Shown one piece after another: positions 60,773 to 64,000 of a stretch of 64,000 nt of DNA. A model generated the notes under the pieces. The model worked only from the letters and a program-made list of their open reading frames with translations, was not told the origin of the DNA and made no database searches. Numbering within the stretch: the stretch's first letter is position 1; every line of letters starts with the position of its first letter. The DNA comes from Fibrobacteria bacterium (lineage in GTDB: Bacteria > Fibrobacterota > Fibrobacteria > UBA11236): contig JBGTHM010000005.1 in assembly GCA_041746255.1 (NCBI GenBank), positions 1 through 64,000 of the forward strand. Direction: 5' to 3'. The position numbers and the translations under genes were made by a program.

Positions 60773-61920
60773 TGGATTTCACGAGCGGAGTGCGATACGG
60801 AAGCCGAGAGAGAGGGATAATCGATCATACCCTCGGCTCCGCCTGCAAACAAGGTATCGCGATTCAGGGAGTTGAGTTCCGCGTGGGTGGAGATGCGCAA
60901 AGGCAAATCGGGATTGGCCAGGAATGCTCTCCCGAAGGCGACGAGATCCGCGGAATCCAACTGAAGGGCGGCATGCGCTGTTCGCGGCGTCAGGCCGCCG
61001 CAGAGCAGAAAAGGGCCCCGGAAATTTTCTCGCATGCGATGGGAGAGCGAATCCTCTTCGATATAAGGCGAATTCCCGGAGGATTCCAGTGAATTCACCG
61101 CAGGTGCATCGAATTTCCGCACGACATGCAAATAGGCTAAATCAAATCGCCCCAACTCGGTGGCCAATTCTCCGAAGGTAACTTCAGGGTGACTATCGCT
61201 CATGCCATTGGCGGAATATTCGGGAGCCACTCTCACGCCCACCCGGTCCGAATCCCAGACGGTGGAAACCGCCTCCAGCACCTCGAACAAAAACCGCATC
61301 CGCCTTAAGGGCGAACCGCCATATTCGTCTTCGCGCTGGTTGGAGCCGTCGCGGAGAAATTGATCGAGCAAATGCCCGTTGGCGGCATTCACTTCCACCC
61401 CGTCGAAGCCCGCACTTTTGGCGTAGGCCGCGGCCCGCGCATATTCTTCGACCAATGACGGAATTTCATGGGTTTCCAATTCTCTGGGAATGGGATAAGC
61501 CTGCATGCCCTTGGGGGTCATGGCCTCTCCCGGAGCCGCCAGGGGAGAAGGACCAACGGGTCTCCGGCCACCCAGAAGGTCGGGATGGGAAAGCCGGCCG
61601 GCATGCCAAAGTTGCAGGAAAATTCGACCGCCCGCCTCATGAACCGCTTGGGCTACCCGCCGCCATCCGAGCATTTGGTCCTGGGTATGGATGCCCGCAA
61701 TTCCCCAGGCGCCGACCCCGCAGGGCGACACATGGGCGCCGCCGGCGATGATGAGCCCGGCCGTAGCCCGTTGCCGGAAGTATTCGATTTCGAGTAAGCC
61801 GGGAATGCCTTGTTCGCCTGCCCGATCGCGGGCCATGGGAGCCATGACGATTCGGTTAGGCAGTCGCAGGGAACCAAGGAAGTAGGGTTGGAAAAGCGGA
61901 CCGTTCACATAGCGTAACAT
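60769..61920 (-). CDS. Old Yellow Enzyme / alkene reductase homolog (NemA-like)
   Basis: LPNRIVMAPM, QRA.AGLII, QLWHAGR, AGFDGVE, N.R.DEYGGS, DLVAFGR.FLANPDL. Confidence 0.9.
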   Translation of the reverse strand: MLRYVNGPLFQPYFLGSLRLPNRIVMAPMARDRAGEQGIPGLLEIEYFRQRATAGLIIAGGAHVSPCGVGAWGIAGIHTQDQMLGWRRVAQAVHEAGGRIFLQLWHAGRLSHPDLLGGRRPVGPSPLAAPGEAMTPKGMQAYPIPRELETHEIPSLVEEYARAAAYAKSAGFDGVEVNAANGHLLDQFLRDGSNQREDEYGGSPLRRMRFLFEVLEAVSTVWDSDRVGVRVAPEYSANGMSDSHPEVTFGELATELGRFDLAYLHVVRKFDAPAVNSLESSGNSPYIEEDSLSHRMRENFRGPFLLCGGLTPRTAHAALQLDSADLVAFGRAFLANPDLPLRISTHAELNSLNRDTLFAGGAEGMIDYPSLSASVSHSAREIQ

Positions 61921-61979
61921 ACATAAAGCGCCTCCCTTACCGAAGGCGCTTCTCAAAAAGTAGCGATAATCCCGAGTGC

Positions 61980-64000
61980 TTACGGCCGCAGGAAGCCCAT
62001 GCGGATGATCTTGCTTTCGATTTCGGATTTCTGCCCACCCTGGGGTCTCAAGGTGAGCACGGTACGGAAGACATAGGCTCCGGTTCCGACCTTGACGCCT
62101 TTATCCGTGAACCCATCCCATTTGATATCGATGCGACGCTTCCCGCCTTCAGAACCTTCTTGAAGTTGCAGGAATTGTTCCGGCGGAAAATCCAATTCCA
62201 ATTGATTGATGTATTCACCCAGGTTGCTGTACACGAAAATTTCCGCCTTGAAGGAACGGCTCGCTTCCAATCGCACACCCAGCGCCGAATCCGGTTTACC
62301 GGAGGGAGGCGCCGGCTCGACCAGCACCACATTGCGGGAGCTGCGGGAAATAGTCTGTTCGGTAATTCCGGGAACGGTGCGGACGATGGCCCAGTGATCC
62401 GGATACTTGGGCGCTTCCGGATAGGAAGCCACCGGACTCAGCGCGCTTATGATTTTTACCGAGGGTAAGGGCTTGATTGCCAGTAACACCCGCTTGTTAT
62501 TGGGATCGCTTTGAACGTTACCCGCGACATCCGCGATCTGTCCTAGCTTGATCCACAAACTATCCCTATCCTTGGGTAGTAATACTCCCTCCACCGACAC
62601 GATTTCAAACAAAAGGGTGTCGCCGCTGGAGGGAAGGGGCTTCAACACGAATTCATACAGCGTTCCATCGGAATTTCTCAGCTGGAACGGGCGGGGTGCG
62701 CCGTTGACCAACACCGCGGGTTTATTGAATACTACGGCCAAGGTATCGTTTTTCGGCGTCTGACCTTTAACGGGATAATAAGGTATCAGGGTGGCGGAAA
62801 CTGTCTCCGGCGCGCTTTTGTCCAGGATGGAAAGCTTCACCGACGCCTTATCGCGATCGTCGCGCGGGTGGGTCCAAGTTATGGTGACGTCATCCCCTAC
62901 TTGCGCTTCCACTACCTTGTTCATGCCCTTGCCGCCGCCGGTAATTACCGAGAAAGCGATTTCCCCGGAGTAAGTGGCGGTTAAGGCGTTCGCCCCCTTG
63001 CGGGTCATCGCCAGGGTTTCGGAATCCTTACTGCGTGTGGCCGTAATGCCGGAAGCCGCATCGCCGACAAGAGAGGGGGCGGTTTGCAATTCCACTGCGA
63101 ATTTGGAATGGGTATTATCCAAGGTTTGGATGGGTTGGTTGGCAGGATTGGTCGCCGTGAGCTTGCTCGGATCGTAACACCGCACCCCGAAGGTGGCATC
63201 CACGTTTTTTTGCCCCTTTTGAGTTGACGGAGCCGCCGCGACATTCAGGACGAACTTGGCGGTTTTGGCATTTTCCAGCTTGCCGGAAGCCGCGTTCCGG
63301 CTTGCGATTTGGACGGTTATGGAGTTCGCTCCTTCGCGCAATCCCACGACATCGTTCAGTTGAACGGAGTATTTACCCGCTCCGTCGAGCACATGGCCGT
63401 CGGCGAGAGCTTGCGCAGATTGGCCATTGGTGGAATTGGTGAGTTGGGTGTAGTTCACCGCCTGCACGGCCACCACCTGGTTCACGATATCGCGCATGGC
63501 CTGTTGCAATTTGGCATTATCACCCGAGGCGACGGCATAGAAGGTGCCGCCGCTTCTTTCCGAAAGAGAACGCAGCGGCGCGCCATTTCCTTTTCCGATA
63601 AAAATGGAGAATACCGGGGGCAAGTCGGGATTGGCGACATTGGCACCATAAGTCTGGTTGTATTCAGTCAACTGGGCATTATTCCCAGTCGGTTCGCCAT
63701 CGGATACAAAAATGATGGCTTGGCGGGGTGTTTTCACATGGGGAGGAGAAAGGTAGGTTTTGGATTGATTCAAAACCGCGTAATAGTTGGTCCCGCCCTG
63801 ATTACGCGAACCACAATCATAATCGTCCGGGGTATAGGATGTCGCAAGCGCCTTTAAAGCGGCAAAATTCCCCCCCTGGTTCAGTTGCAGCAATGGCGAC
63901 ACCAAGATTTTTTTAACCCCTTTGGGGCCGGTACCGTCGCAATTGCCGTTTGCGAATCCAATATATCCTGCGGTGGAGGCGGGCGATAAATCGTAAAGCT
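61980..64000 (-). CDS. vWA-domain secreted protein with C-terminal FlgD/sorting-like domain, 5' partial
   Basis: Frame is open to the window end; GTNY, AIIFVSDGEP, LS..SGG.FY (vWA); tail VYSNLGEYI...WDG....G.KVGTGAYV. Confidence 0.8.
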   Translation of the reverse strand, partial: LYDLSPASTAGYIGFANGNCDGTGPKGVKKILVSPLLQLNQGGNFAALKALATSYTPDDYDCGSRNQGGTNYYAVLNQSKTYLSPPHVKTPRQAIIFVSDGEPTGNNAQLTEYNQTYGANVANPDLPPVFSIFIGKGNGAPLRSLSERSGGTFYAVASGDNAKLQQAMRDIVNQVVAVQAVNYTQLTNSTNGQSAQALADGHVLDGAGKYSVQLNDVVGLREGANSITVQIASRNAASGKLENAKTAKFVLNVAAAPSTQKGQKNVDATFGVRCYDPSKLTATNPANQPIQTLDNTHSKFAVELQTAPSLVGDAASGITATRSKDSETLAMTRKGANALTATYSGEIAFSVITGGGKGMNKVVEAQVGDDVTITWTHPRDDRDKASVKLSILDKSAPETVSATLIPYYPVKGQTPKNDTLAVVFNKPAVLVNGAPRPFQLRNSDGTLYEFVLKPLPSSGDTLLFEIVSVEGVLLPKDRDSLWIKLGQIADVAGNVQSDPNNKRVLLAIKPLPSVKIISALSPVASYPEAPKYPDHWAIVRTVPGITEQTISRSSRNVVLVEPAPPSGKPDSALGVRLEASRSFKAEIFVYSNLGEYINQLELDFPPEQFLQLQEGSEGGKRRIDIKWDGFTDKGVKVGTGAYVFRTVLTLRPQGGQKSEIESKIIRMGFLRP

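Noticed and set aside
1..64000. CRISPR array, rRNA or tRNA genes
   Set aside because: No regularly spaced repeats, cloverleaf or rRNA-like stretches were seen; intergenic gaps are short or otherwise explained

Overview
Bacterial chromosomal window of moderately high GC, probably Fibrobacterota. This is inferred from the C-terminal sorting-type domains on several secreted proteins and was not checked against a database. It opens with a truncated IS3-family transposase abutting an AT-rich island that carries a nonsense-interrupted lipoprotein metalloprotease. Most of the rest is housekeeping or accessory genes: floA, M18 peptidase, GH10 xylanase, sua5, uvrA, apbE, mgtE, thiE, trxA, lspA, dsbD and an OYE. 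The best candidate for an undescribed system is 12.8-28.4 kb: a MerR-type regulator, three large cytoplasmic GT2-TPR glycosyltransferases, three paralogous unannotated secreted subunits, a PapD-like chaperone, an usher with an apparently duplicated N-terminal domain, and an orphan flgM-like gene. The putative major subunit gene and the flgM-like gene share the same sigma28-type promoter (T[C/T]AAG-N15-GTCGATAT). This suggests a chaperone-usher filament under FliA/FlgM control, possibly glycosylated. A second notable module is a His-rich leader ORF ending in a RAPP ribosome-arrest motif upstream of a TonB-dependent receptor, divergent from a Ni/Co-permease-like gene. A sigma54 promoter with an upstream dyad precedes the beta-barrel and xylanase genes. 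No rRNA, tRNA or CRISPR array was recognised. All calls come from reading motifs by eye.
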